Positions 17,527-27,063 of a stretch of DNA of 64,000 nt are shown here, piece after piece. The notes below the pieces were generated by a model, which was not told the origin of the DNA, ran no database searches, and saw nothing but the letters and a program-made list of their open reading frames with translations. The stretch's first letter is position 1; each line of letters begins with the position of its first letter. Position numbers and translations under genes: made by a program. The stretch is from a virus, in the IMG/VR virus record IMGVR_UViG_3300033072_000139, positions 3,083-67,082 of that record. One strand, written 5' to 3'.

Positions 17527-17738
17527 GAAGGGTTAGATTTTCCCTTCTTAACCTTCTTTAACTCTCTATACTTGATAGAGATGTTAATTAACAGGTATGT
17601 TATTGACAATAATGAAATAATTAAAGTCAATATCATATTAATGTTGGATAAATTGAGCATCTGCATGATATTTAAAGTTATTGCCCCTAGCGTACTTGGT
17701 ATACCTACCGAATCCGAAATCTTTAAAGGATGCTCCAT
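17523..17738 (-). CDS. Holin-like small membrane protein
   Basis: MEHPLKI..., hydrophobic segments and basic tail; TATATTTG element at 17756-17763 upstream. Confidence 0.6.
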   Translation of the reverse strand: MEHPLKISDSVGIPSTLGAITLNIMQMLNLSNINMILTLIISLLSITYLLINISIKYRELKKVKKGKSNPS

Positions 17739-17763
17739 TAATCTGTTAATTTTTGCAAATATA

Positions 17764-18045
17764 TTACTTCTTGGTTGATTTGCCGTTCTGACCATTCCTA
17801 GCTCTATTAGAGCTTTGATGTTCCATTTTAAGTGCACCCGATTTGGTATGACTCATGTCTTTACCATCTCCATTACCATATGTGCCAGCCTTCCTATTCG
17901 CTCTGTTTAATTCAGCACGATACTTCTTCTGTTTTTCAGAAGAGCTGTACTTTTTATCGTACTCTCGCTTTCTTTTTATTGAGCTTGGGCTCCACTTGAG
18001 ACGGAGATAGCTCGGATGCTTTCCAGCGTTACTGTTTCTAGGCAT
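17764..18045 (-). CDS. Basic HNH-like protein
   Basis: RAELNRANR...GDGKDMSH...SSNRARN resembles a reduced HNH fold. Confidence 0.6.
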   Translation of the reverse strand: MPRNSNAGKHPSYLRLKWSPSSIKRKREYDKKYSSSEKQKKYRAELNRANRKAGTYGNGDGKDMSHTKSGALKMEHQSSNRARNGQNGKSTKK

Positions 18046-18073
18046 ATGTTACTAGGTTGTTCGGGTTTATTAC

Positions 18074-18220
18074 TTACCATTTTTTATATAATTCAAGCTC
18101 TGATTTAAGAGCTTCTATTTCTTTCTTCTGTCTAACTACTTTTCTATCTGAAATCATCAAAGATATAAAAAGGAATAAAATTAGTAGTACCATAGTTACA
18201 AATATTAATCGAGGTATCAT
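18074..18220 (-). CDS. Small TM + coiled-coil protein (spanin-like)
   Basis: Manually translated MIPRLIFVTMVLLILFLFISLMISDRKVVRQKKEIEALKSELELYKKW; ATGA overlap with the endolysin stop. Confidence 0.5.
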   Translation of the reverse strand: MIPRLIFVTMVLLILFLFISLMISDRKVVRQKKEIEALKSELELYKKW

Positions 18221-18813
18221 GATAACAAATTATGATATTCTTTAAAGTGTTTAATTCTATCAGGTAGACCTATAACACCACCATTCACTCTCTTTGTAAT
18301 CTTTGTTACTACGTCTTCTGATGGACCTTGGTCAGATATTGTATTCAAACCATTCTTAGACCAAAACCAAGCAGCAGAAAGCAAAGGGTACTTAGTAGAA
18401 ACCAAATCAGGATTAGCTAGGATATCATCTTCAACAGTCTTATTAAAAGCTGTGTAGTTGTCCTTACCTGTTAATTGTATATAACCTCTCCCTCTGAATT
18501 TAAAACCATCTCCACTAGCTTGATTCCCGTTACCCATTCTATTTGCGTAAACGATATTAGCAATCTTCTCAGGCTTACGTTCAAATTCTTTAGCACTTAA
18601 CGGAGTAAAATACTTCTTGAAGATATTTGATAGCCCCTTCGCGCTATAATTTAAGTTTTCTGCTGTTGCCCTAAACCCACCTGACTCGTGACCTGTTTGT
18701 GCTAAAAAATGAGCCAAACGTAACGGAGTATTTACTGCGAATTTCTCAGCAACCAATGGAATCTGAGATATAACGGAATCTGGGATATGCCCCTTTAGCT
18801 TGTCTAAATTCAT
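18217..18813 (-). CDS. Endolysin, glycoside hydrolase family 19
   Basis: LAHFLAQTGHESGGF, ENLNYS, FRGRGYIQLTGKDNY, SAAWFW, TKRVNGG. Confidence 0.92.
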   Translation of the reverse strand: MNLDKLKGHIPDSVISQIPLVAEKFAVNTPLRLAHFLAQTGHESGGFRATAENLNYSAKGLSNIFKKYFTPLSAKEFERKPEKIANIVYANRMGNGNQASGDGFKFRGRGYIQLTGKDNYTAFNKTVEDDILANPDLVSTKYPLLSAAWFWSKNGLNTISDQGPSEDVVTKITKRVNGGVIGLPDRIKHFKEYHNLLS

Positions 18814-18815
18814 AC

Positions 18816-19061
18816 CTATTTATCTTTTAAATTCTTGTTACCAAATACAGCTTCTACTCCCGTGATGCCACACATAGTCATTGCGGTATACATAAGACCA
18901 TTAAAGACAATAGGCTCAATTACAAACGTGATACCCATAACACCTGTTACGATATCAGCAAGTGCATAAAGTACCATTAAAACAAACGATACTAAACCTA
19001 AGACAGCCTTTTGATTGATGTCAGACTTATCGCTGAACATTCTAAGTAAAAACTCTTTCAT
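18816..19061 (-). CDS. Holin (2 TM)
   Basis: Two hydrophobic helices, immediately upstream of the endolysin. Confidence 0.65.
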   Translation of the reverse strand: MKEFLLRMFSDKSDINQKAVLGLVSFVLMVLYALADIVTGVMGITFVIEPIVFNGLMYTAMTMCGITGVEAVFGNKNLKDK

Positions 19062-19063
19062 AT

Positions 19064-19675
19064 CTATTTAATTTTCCAATAAATAGACGCATTTACAAAT
19101 GGAATTTTATTGATATCCACACCTGCACCTACGCCATAAACTTTATCACACTTCGTTTTTATGAGAAAATTGGTCTGTACGTTATTCACAAAGTTAACCT
19201 TATCAAACGAAGCACCCAAACCCCAGAATATTTGCGTCTTAGGTAGCTCTTTAACAATAGTTGTCTCTCTGATTGTGCGCTCTTTAACTTTAGCGTTATA
19301 TAATCTACTTACGATAGCGTTCTTGCTAATAGTATCTGTAATAGTTACATAACCTAAAGAATCATTTAGTCGTAAGGTATCCTTATATACATTCTTAGCG
19401 TAGTACGCCATAAGAATTGCCATAGTATCAATAGGTTTATCCACAGGGATTGTTACATAGATTGTGGTATCATGGTAGATGTCCTCCCCTTTTACCTTTT
19501 TGATTGTTACTTTATCCACATAAGTGGTATCAATCTCATGTTTGATAACCTCATAAGGTTTACCATTAACGTACTTAATTGTTGGAGAGAATGGGTTATG
19601 AACGCCATTAAGTTTGAAGTATAGAGCCAAAGCAACTATCATCAATAAGCCAACTACCTGTAATGTTTTCTTCAT
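19064..19675 (-). CDS. Lysis-associated spanin-like protein
   Basis: N-terminal TM, DT-rich stalk, amphipathic beta C-terminus ending YWKIK; lies in the lysis cassette. Confidence 0.55.
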   Translation of the reverse strand: MKKTLQVVGLLMIVALALYFKLNGVHNPFSPTIKYVNGKPYEVIKHEIDTTYVDKVTIKKVKGEDIYHDTTIYVTIPVDKPIDTMAILMAYYAKNVYKDTLRLNDSLGYVTITDTISKNAIVSRLYNAKVKERTIRETTIVKELPKTQIFWGLGASFDKVNFVNNVQTNFLIKTKCDKVYGVGAGVDINKIPFVNASIYWKIK

Positions 19676-19696
19676 ATTTTATAATTTAATGCAAAT

Positions 19697-20926
19697 TTAC
19701 AAATTAAATCTAGAGCCTACTAATAGGCCTATCGTCTTACTAGGCCCACCCATATACTTTAGATTGGCACTTATCCTAAACTTCTTAGATAGAGCCATGT
19801 CGAATGTATTCCCAAATATATATGATATCTGCTTATTGACATTTAAGTCCCTGGATCCCATGGCATAAGACAATGGAGACCCCATCAAGAAGAACTCAGG
19901 TATTATTGTAATCCTTTTGTTTATCTGCACAGCCCTCATTCCAAACAGCGTAACAGAGCTCATTGTAAATATCTGTTTAGCTGTCTCTGATGGTATTTTC
20001 ATACCTATAACGGCTAGATTATATCCTAGAATGTAGGATTTTACCATCGTTACATAAGAATAAGCCCCTATATGTGTGAAACTTCCATCATTATAAGCTG
20101 TTGTGTAAGAGTATGTAGATATACCACACAATTGATTATCCCTAAACTGCATTTTAGAATACCTGCTAGATAGGGCAAATTGCTTCAAATTTGACCATAT
20201 AATTGCGGTAGCCCCGTAAGATACGTCTCCTGCTAAAGACGACCTAGAAAGGCCTAAATTAGCCATTAAATTAAAGTCTCCGTTTATTACTTGTACGGAG
20301 CTTAAATCAGAAGAAAATACAATAGGCGTCATTGCTGCCTTATTGCCACCTTTTTTCTTCTCGTCTTTCTTCTCCTCCTTCTTCTCTTCCTTCTTTTCCT
20401 CCTTACTCTCCTCTTTTTTCTCCTCCTTAGACTCCGATTTTGACTCCTCCTTGCTTTCGCTTTTTGATGAACTCTCCTCACTCTTTGATGAACTACTTTC
20501 GCTTTTTGCTGAACTGCCCTCACTTTGTGACGAAGATGATGAAGAACTACCCCCACTTTGTGTAGCAGGGGCTGGCGGTGGTGGAGGCGGTGGAGCGGCA
20601 GCTGCTGTAACGCTAGCTGCAACTGCACTAGCAACTGTTTGTGTTGTTACCTGTGTTGCGACTTGAGCCACAGGGCATGGAGCAGAATACTCTGCATATA
20701 CTTGATTTATCCAAGCCATTAGAGCCCCGCTACTTACATCTGCTGAGGTAAAGTATTTTGATTTACCCATAAACACAATAGTAGTACCCTGCAACGGGAC
20801 TACAAATGTGGTTACCTTCTTAGTACATGGGTCTACGAAAGTGTTCGTAAGTATTTGAGAATACGACAATATCGGTAGTAATGCTACTGATATGTAAAGT
20901 AAAATAAACTTATTTCGTAAATACAT
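19697..20926 (-). CDS. Secreted outer-membrane beta-barrel-like protein with Pro/Ser/Glu-Lys linker
   Basis: Signal peptide ending SYSQ, N-terminal Cys pair, poly-P/S/EK linker, amphipathic beta strands ending GSRFNL. Confidence 0.6.
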   Translation of the reverse strand: MYLRNKFILLYISVALLPILSYSQILTNTFVDPCTKKVTTFVVPLQGTTIVFMGKSKYFTSADVSSGALMAWINQVYAEYSAPCPVAQVATQVTTQTVASAVAASVTAAAAPPPPPPPAPATQSGGSSSSSSSQSEGSSAKSESSSSKSEESSSKSESKEESKSESKEEKKEESKEEKKEEKKEEKKDEKKKGGNKAAMTPIVFSSDLSSVQVINGDFNLMANLGLSRSSLAGDVSYGATAIIWSNLKQFALSSRYSKMQFRDNQLCGISTYSYTTAYNDGSFTHIGAYSYVTMVKSYILGYNLAVIGMKIPSETAKQIFTMSSVTLFGMRAVQINKRITIIPEFFLMGSPLSYAMGSRDLNVNKQISYIFGNTFDMALSKKFRISANLKYMGGPSKTIGLLVGSRFNL

Positions 20927-21623
20927 TCTTTTTAACCATTCTACTTAGGATGCGAGCGCACGCAATATCTAACGCTTTTTTAGTTGCTGTTCCTATGGTA
21001 GATTGATTAAATTTAACTTCTGATAGATTAGCGTCATTTAGTAAACTAGCTTCTCTAGTAGTCTTTGCTTCGCCTAACCCAGATGCTGCAATAATCTCTC
21101 CTGTTTCTGCGTTAGTAAATCTAACTTGCAGACCTATACGAGTCACTACAGTCTCCTTTATTCCGTCTTTTACTTTGATTTCCTCGTCTTCAGATATGCT
21201 GTAATCGTAGCACTCTATTTCAACAAAATAGTGAGCTAGTCTAATCTTTCCTCGTCCGTCCAACTTATCTTGAGTGATTCCTGACTGGCTAGCTTGGAAC
21301 TGCTTAACCATTCTATTCTTAATCTCTGTCTTGTCTTCTGTAAACGTGAATCTATTGAGGTTTTCAAGATATTCCAACGTGATATTAGCAACCCCGAGAC
21401 CAACTCTTTTCTCTTTGAGCTCAGGGTATTGTTCGTACATTTCATCTGATATTCCGCATTTAAGGATTTGTATTGGTATAGTAGGTCCATCATAATCTAA
21501 GAACTGACTAATATCAATCTTAGTCTCAAAGCTAGCCTTGTATTGCTCTGTAGAGGTTTTGGCAACCTGAGCTTGTAACAAATTTGTATATAAAAATGTT
21601 ACGAGTATTAGTATCTTTTTCAT
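20910..21623 (-). CDS. CsgG/HfaB-like secreted protein
   Basis: Signal peptide; RVGLGVANITLEYLENLNRF...GRGKIRLAHY...IGLQVRFTNAETGEIIAASGLGEA...TKKAL follows the CsgG pattern. Confidence 0.7.
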   Translation of the reverse strand: MKKILILVTFLYTNLLQAQVAKTSTEQYKASFETKIDISQFLDYDGPTIPIQILKCGISDEMYEQYPELKEKRVGLGVANITLEYLENLNRFTFTEDKTEIKNRMVKQFQASQSGITQDKLDGRGKIRLAHYFVEIECYDYSISEDEEIKVKDGIKETVVTRIGLQVRFTNAETGEIIAASGLGEAKTTREASLLNDANLSEVKFNQSTIGTATKKALDIACARILSRMVKKNVFTK

Positions 21624-21856
21624 TAACGTCTTCTTTGGTGGATTACAGGACCCCTAGGTATATTATATATAATTCTTGGTTGAGCCCAATAGTTTTGGAA
21701 TCCCCAAAAAGGGTCGAAATTATGCATATAAAAATCTTCATATATGATTCTCTTCCTAACCTCAACAAGCTTAGTTGTATCTTTTGGGTCTATGTAAACA
21801 TATTTCACAGGAGCGCATCCTACTAATAGTAGGGCTAGTACTATTATATTTTTCAT
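21623..21856 (-). CDS. Small lipoprotein
   Basis: Lipobox LLLVG-C; aromatic/Pro-rich tail. Confidence 0.65.
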   Translation of the reverse strand: MKNIIVLALLLVGCAPVKYVYIDPKDTTKLVEVRKRIIYEDFYMHNFDPFWGFQNYWAQPRIIYNIPRGPVIHQRRR

Positions 21857-22455
21857 TATGCTTTATCTTTTAAAAGTCCACAAATTTGACATTCTAATTC
21901 TCCATCATTATCCGCATCTCCCCACTGATGTTGGCATTGTCTATGTGCATGAAATTCAAACTCTAGTTTTTCCATTTCTTGCTCATGCTCTTGCTTGTCT
22001 ACTTCCATAGCTTGTCTATGCTCTTGCTCATCTTTGCTTAAGTCATACTTCTGCTTATTTTCAACAACAGCCAAATCTCTAGCAGCTTGAGCTCCTGCAA
22101 CAAATGCATCTGGAATAGCAGGTCCAGCTGGCTTGTTAGTCTCCTTCATATCATTTGCATGAGATAGAGACACACCATCTTCTTCGTCCATTTTTTGAAC
22201 GAGTAGCTTATCCTTATCTGCATCAGAATAATAGTAGTCTATAATCTTGTTATAGCTACCGCTAAAAACTCCGACTAATAACAATAATATTTCCCTTAAT
22301 CCCGCAGGAATCTCTATACCAATTGCAACTGCTACAAATAGCCCTAGCAATATAAGTACAAATATTCCCAATACGATGGCTGTTACATACCATCTTTTTT
22401 GCATTAAATTATTTAACAGGTCTTTGAATCCTGAAGCTTGTTGATTGTTGTCCAT
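21856..22455 (-). CDS. Two-TM membrane protein with C-terminal coiled coil and Cys motif
   Basis: Two hydrophobic helices; CQH...CQIC at the C-terminus. Confidence 0.7.
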   Translation of the reverse strand: MDNNQQASGFKDLLNNLMQKRWYVTAIVLGIFVLILLGLFVAVAIGIEIPAGLREILLLLVGVFSGSYNKIIDYYYSDADKDKLLVQKMDEEDGVSLSHANDMKETNKPAGPAIPDAFVAGAQAARDLAVVENKQKYDLSKDEQEHRQAMEVDKQEHEQEMEKLEFEFHAHRQCQHQWGDADNDGELECQICGLLKDKA

Positions 22456-22556
22456 GCGTTACTTATTACTTGTTGATTATGCTTTATGATTGCCGAAGTC
22501 TTTAATCCTGACTTCCTGCTTCTCATTGGTTTCTTTTTCTTCTGTGCGTTTGCCAT
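22413..22556 (-). CDS. Small basic protein
   Basis: Manually translated MANAQKKKKPMRSRKSGLKTSAIIKHNQQVISNAWTTINKLQDSKTC. Confidence 0.4.
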   Translation of the reverse strand: MANAQKKKKPMRSRKSGLKTSAIIKHNQQVISNAWTTINKLQDSKTC

Positions 22557-22559
22557 ATA

Positions 22560-22874
22560 TTACCATTTAGGAGCTTCTTCCTTAAACTCATCACCTTCCT
22601 TCTTCTTGACTTTAGGTTCAGCAACTGGTTTAGCAACAACTTCTTTTTCTTTAATAATTACTGTCTTACCCCCACCACTAGCTTGTTGAGCCTGTTGGTT
22701 TGAGTTAGTAATGTTGATTACGGGTGCAGGTGCGGGAGTTGCCTTATCGTCGCTTCCACCACCAAATAATGTTGATCCTAACCAAGCACCACCTGCTGTT
22801 ACAACTGTAGCCAAAGTACCTACAACGGTTTTTTTTAGACTAGACATTGTGCCTTCTTGTTGTTCTTCTGACAT
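22560..22874 (-). CDS. Single-TM membrane protein
   Basis: VVGTLATVVTAGGAWLG helix followed by a low-complexity tail. Confidence 0.65.
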   Translation of the reverse strand: MSEEQQEGTMSSLKKTVVGTLATVVTAGGAWLGSTLFGGGSDDKATPAPAPVINITNSNQQAQQASGGGKTVIIKEKEVVAKPVAEPKVKKKEGDEFKEEAPKW

Positions 22875-22879
22875 AAAAT

Positions 22880-23242
22880 TTATTTTATAATTATAGGGTA
22901 TTTAACTTCTTTCCCATCAATATCTATAAAAATAAGGTCATAATCTTTCTTATCCAAATTTGATAGGTCTAATACTTTTGTCGTTACATCACTATTCGCT
23001 GTAAAGCCCTCTTTTCTTACAGGTTGGTCTGAGCCAAAAGGAACTATCTGCAAAGAATATTTTGACCCCACAGTAGTGCTAAATTCAGCCGTAATTACGT
23101 TACCCGATTCGCGAATTGACTTTATACCTGTTGAGGTAGATTTAACGCCTAAATCAATTACTTCTGGCACAACTAAATCAATCTTAGTACAAGCCATCAT
23201 GATAAACGTTACAATGCAAACTAAAACGAACTTTCTTTTCAT
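22880..23242 (-). CDS. Lipoprotein with T9SS-CTD-like Ig domain
   Basis: Lipobox IMMA-C; C-terminus LDLSNLDKKDYDLIFIDIDGKEVKYPIIIK resembles the type IX secretion sorting domain. Confidence 0.55.
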   Translation of the reverse strand: MKRKFVLVCIVTFIMMACTKIDLVVPEVIDLGVKSTSTGIKSIRESGNVITAEFSTTVGSKYSLQIVPFGSDQPVRKEGFTANSDVTTKVLDLSNLDKKDYDLIFIDIDGKEVKYPIIIK

Positions 23243-23243
23243 A

Positions 23244-25319
23244 TTAAAAATTTTTATAACCTGTTAGTTTAATTTGAGTTGAGTTTAAGTTAATGCCTAA
23301 TTGATTACCCTTATCGTCGCTAGCGTCCATTACCTGAGAAACTCTGATAGAAGTTACCATATCAACACCACTTTCTTTTGCAGAGAATTTAAGCTTAAAT
23401 GGAACGCTTGCTCCTTTGATTGGAAGAGATTTCGTTTGGTCTAAAGAGCCAAATTTAACCCTTCCATTCTTACTATCTGCAAAGATATACCAAGAATTAG
23501 GAACACTAGCGACAAGTTCTTCGAATTTCAATTTAGATTCATCAAAAACAAACTCAAACTGAAGACCGCTCATGTTAGCTCCATTTGTATTTATAGCAAC
23601 AGGAACCTCTATGCTGTTAGATGTAATGGTCATGTTAGATAATGTTACATCTATAGCCAAAACATCATTAGGTGTATTTATATATCCTCCTGTAGAGTTT
23701 ACCTGAACAACAGGACTTCCATTGTCTGATACGATAACCTTAGATGAATGCGACCTATTAACATCTCCCCATAACAAATACTTTAAGTCTAAAAACTGAT
23801 TTGTGCCAATAGCTCCCGTTTTTAAGTACAACTTAGGCATGGTAATTGTTTTCCAATTCGCTGATGTAATAGACCCCCAAGAGTTATTAGGGTTTACATT
23901 AAAATCAAACTCAGCCTGTAAAGCATAGTCGGTATTCGTATTATTAATATTTCTAATATTCCCAAGATATAAAGAAGTACCATCTGCAACCTTTGACATG
24001 CTAGACGGAACTTTAAAGAAAGCCCAAGAACCATCTTCGCTTATGTACTCTACAGGTCCAGAATAAATATCAAATATCTGTAAGCTCTTTATCTGACTAG
24101 GAGAAACACCTGTACCTGAGAACTCACGCATGTCTATATACAACCTACTAACGCCTTGACCATAGCTGTTAGGATTGATTATACACCACTCTGTTTGACC
24201 TGCATAGCTTGATGCGTCTGTAGCTTTCCATGTAGGTATGCTCATATATCCACCACTACCCCTTACATATTGACTAGGTAGAGCAACTAGAGTATCCAAC
24301 CCTGCAATCTGAGCAAGTAGTCTAGGCAAATCACCGCCATCAATCTTTTGGTTTCTATTGATATCGGCAGCATATAATGACTGACCCGTCTTTAGATTTT
24401 GACCATTAGATCCATCTAGACCCATGCTAGTAAATTCACTTTGAGCTGTTGTGAAATCTGATATAGTTATTGCATTATTGTAGATATCGTATAACTTATC
24501 CATTTCATACATAACAGAAACATCATACACCTTATTAGGAGCTAGTGAAGATTGGCTAATGTCTACATCTCCTGTTGATGTAACATTGAATAACTGCCCC
24601 TGATTTGTGGCCGTATCTCTAAAAGATACTTTTATAGAAGAAAGGCTATATAATGCAGAACTTAAATCAACTTTAGCTGTAACATACTTACCATAGTTTT
24701 GGTTCATGTAAACAGATGTTGATGTTGGAGTTTCCATAATAGTAGGAGTCTCTACACCTGTGCTTGTCCAACCTGCAACAAAGTTTAACTTAATTGGATT
24801 AAACGTATAAGCAGTACTCGTTGTTTTCAATCTGAATTTAATAACAATAAGTCTATCATATCCAGTGTAAGGCATCGTAGAAGTGGTAGCCCATGTTAAT
24901 GTAGCTCTGATAATTGCATTATCTCCATTAGTACCATTGTATGTATAGTTCTGATTTTGGTAGTTTGTAGTACCATTAGAAGTGCTATTCTGTGCATTGG
25001 AATTCCATGTATAGTTAGGGTAATTTGTCCAAGATAGCTGTATTGTAGAACCTTGTGGTAATATACCACCATTACCACCCGTACCTGTATGATTTATTGA
25101 CACTATCTCAAAGTTCTTTTGGTCATACATTACATCAAATAGCAATTGCTTAGTAGTACTATTGCTGTTGCCGTTAGCCTGTATGATATACTCGAATTCT
25201 GTACCTCTGTTTAGGTATGTGCCACCCACTGAAGACAATGCTCTAAACTTAATTTGAGCATCAGAAGATGTCACAAATATTTGAAAAATTGTGACAAGAA
25301 ATAATAGTTTTTTAATCAT
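23244..25319 (-). CDS. Secreted cohesin-dockerin-cohesin-like protein
   Basis: Signal peptide; cohesin-like LLFDVMYD..FEIVSI and IEVPVAI...SGLQFEFVFDESKLKF; dockerin/EF-hand-like ITISDF...AADINRNQKIDGGDL and GDVNRS. Confidence 0.65.
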   Translation of the reverse strand: MIKKLLFLVTIFQIFVTSSDAQIKFRALSSVGGTYLNRGTEFEYIIQANGNSNSTTKQLLFDVMYDQKNFEIVSINHTGTGGNGGILPQGSTIQLSWTNYPNYTWNSNAQNSTSNGTTNYQNQNYTYNGTNGDNAIIRATLTWATTSTMPYTGYDRLIVIKFRLKTTSTAYTFNPIKLNFVAGWTSTGVETPTIMETPTSTSVYMNQNYGKYVTAKVDLSSALYSLSSIKVSFRDTATNQGQLFNVTSTGDVDISQSSLAPNKVYDVSVMYEMDKLYDIYNNAITISDFTTAQSEFTSMGLDGSNGQNLKTGQSLYAADINRNQKIDGGDLPRLLAQIAGLDTLVALPSQYVRGSGGYMSIPTWKATDASSYAGQTEWCIINPNSYGQGVSRLYIDMREFSGTGVSPSQIKSLQIFDIYSGPVEYISEDGSWAFFKVPSSMSKVADGTSLYLGNIRNINNTNTDYALQAEFDFNVNPNNSWGSITSANWKTITMPKLYLKTGAIGTNQFLDLKYLLWGDVNRSHSSKVIVSDNGSPVVQVNSTGGYINTPNDVLAIDVTLSNMTITSNSIEVPVAINTNGANMSGLQFEFVFDESKLKFEELVASVPNSWYIFADSKNGRVKFGSLDQTKSLPIKGASVPFKLKFSAKESGVDMVTSIRVSQVMDASDDKGNQLGINLNSTQIKLTGYKNF

Positions 25320-25804
25320 AATAGCTTATTAACCAATGAATTACAAGACTTTTTAATTGCCGTGCTTAGATTCTGTTGGTTAAACTTGCCATCGTTGCTA
25401 ATGATGAGTGTTGATGTTGATACTTCTGTTGCTTGTTCTTCTACGATACACTCTTTAGATTTTTTACCATCTTTAATTATGTATCCTTTCATTCTAATAA
25501 CAACAGCGTTATCATCCTTATGGAATATGGATAAGTTGCTCTTCGTGCTTAACACATCCATATAAATAAGTTCTGCAAATATCTGATTTTTTGAGCTAGG
25601 AGACAAACTATACCCGCTCTCTTGCAAATACTCTTCTAGTATATTCTTTACGCCAAACTCTAGCTTTCTGTTGCCAGCTAGAGGGCCTAGTTTTATTGAG
25701 TTCTTTACTTCCGCAACAACAATATCTTGTGAATACGCAAGTACGCAAAATAAGAAAGCCCCCAATGTTAGGAGGCTTTTCTTATATGACTTAAATAGTA
25801 ACAT
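25316..25804 (-). CDS. Secreted CsgG-related alpha/beta protein
   Basis: Signal peptide ending AYSQ; LEFGVKNILEEYL and KFNQQNLSTAIKKS parallel the 20910 protein (KFNQSTIGTATKKA). Confidence 0.55.
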   Translation of the reverse strand: MLLFKSYKKSLLTLGAFLFCVLAYSQDIVVAEVKNSIKLGPLAGNRKLEFGVKNILEEYLQESGYSLSPSSKNQIFAELIYMDVLSTKSNLSIFHKDDNAVVIRMKGYIIKDGKKSKECIVEEQATEVSTSTLIISNDGKFNQQNLSTAIKKSCNSLVNKLL

Positions 25805-25805
25805 A

Positions 25806-26246
25806 TTAAATTTCTACAACTTGTGCTACTTCATCTTCGTCTTCTTCTTTAAGTTCAGGGAACTCAAGACCTTCAACAAATCCTTCTAAAAATGCATACA
25901 TTTCGATGCCTTCTGTAGAGAATGTAAACTGATAAAACTCAAATTCTTCAGTTAATAAGGTCTTAACCTTCTTGTTAAGTTCTTTTAATTTGTCTTTTGT
26001 AAACTTGTAACCTCCATTCTCATCTAATAACAAAGAACCATCTTTGTCTGTATTAGCGCAATCTAGACGGATGTCCTCTAGTTTCTCATTGTAGGTATCT
26101 AAATGAGATTTTAATTTTTCACCAATTTTTTGTAATTTTTTAACGCCTTTTGTATTTGCGTCAGCGTGCTCTTTGTTATTTACAAGCACATTTACTGCTC
26201 GAACTACATTAAGTAGATCTTGGTAGGTTTTTTTAACTTTTGCCAT
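25806..26246 (-). CDS. Acidic helical protein (possible tail chaperone)
   Basis: ATG at 26246 after the TATATTTG element at 26265-26272. Confidence 0.6.
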   Translation of the reverse strand: MAKVKKTYQDLLNVVRAVNVLVNNKEHADANTKGVKKLQKIGEKLKSHLDTYNEKLEDIRLDCANTDKDGSLLLDENGGYKFTKDKLKELNKKVKTLLTEEFEFYQFTFSTEGIEMYAFLEGFVEGLEFPELKEEDEDEVAQVVEI

Positions 26247-26310
26247 GTTTTTAGGTTTGTCGTACAAATATATATTAACTAGTACTTATAAGCAAATATT
26301 TTGCCAACAA

Positions 26311-26526
26311 TTAAAACCTGCCATCTGGACAAGGATTTTCTCTAGGACTGAATACTTTACCCTTTAAAAGACAACCGCATATGCCACACCTTTCAACGAG
26401 CAATTCTTTAGTAATGTGCTCACAAGAATGACATATGCTGAGTCTATTTGCAGCCAATTCACGCTGCTCATCTGTAGGGGTGAATGAAATAGCCCAAGAT
26501 TTAATAATCTCTTCTATTTGATTCAT
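26311..26526 (-). CDS. Small Cys-rich metal-binding protein
   Basis: RLSICHSC...RCGICGCLLKGK...CPDGRF. Confidence 0.7.
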   Translation of the reverse strand: MNQIEEIIKSWAISFTPTDEQRELAANRLSICHSCEHITKELLVERCGICGCLLKGKVFSPRENPCPDGRF

Positions 26527-26541
26527 ATTAATTTTATCGAA

Positions 26542-26838
26542 TTAAGGAGCTTCTGGAGCTGATAGAATTGTTTCAGTTTGATTTTCAGACTTAGTTAATC
26601 CTAATTGGTCAAGAACATCCGCTTCTACTGCTGCCCAATTAACACCTGTTGCAGTGATACCTTCGGTAACTACAAGAGATTTGTTAGCAAAGCTAGTTGA
26701 ACTTGACATCATATTTACCCATACATTAACTTGTGTTGCGAACAATTCGCAGCTTCCGCTAATGCTTACTTTTGTAACCGTTCCGATAGATGAGCCATTG
26801 ATTTCAATGCTTGCTGGTTCTACATAAATTGTTTTCAT
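26542..26838 (-). CDS. Hypothetical tail-associated protein
   Basis: 98-aa ORF downstream of the tail fibre genes. Confidence 0.6.
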   Translation of the reverse strand: MKTIYVEPASIEINGSSIGTVTKVSISGSCELFATQVNVWVNMMSSSTSFANKSLVVTEGITATGVNWAAVEADVLDQLGLTKSENQTETILSAPEAP

Positions 26839-27063
26839 TTTTATTATTTTAATTTACAAATATACTTATTATATCCTGACAATTCATATTTTATGACGCC
26901 TGTAATCAAAATAATTACAATAAAGCTCATTAATAACATGCTATTTTCAATACTTGAAAAGTTCTGAACAGGCTTGATTACGAATTCAAAATTATTTAAA
27001 TTATACGATGTATCTGCTATTTCTTCCATTTTATTTTATTATTTTACAAAGGTAATTATTATA

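Noticed and set aside
20329-20666. Alternative-frame ORFs over the P/S/EK linker
   Set aside because: They are by-products of low-complexity sequence within the 19697-20926 gene
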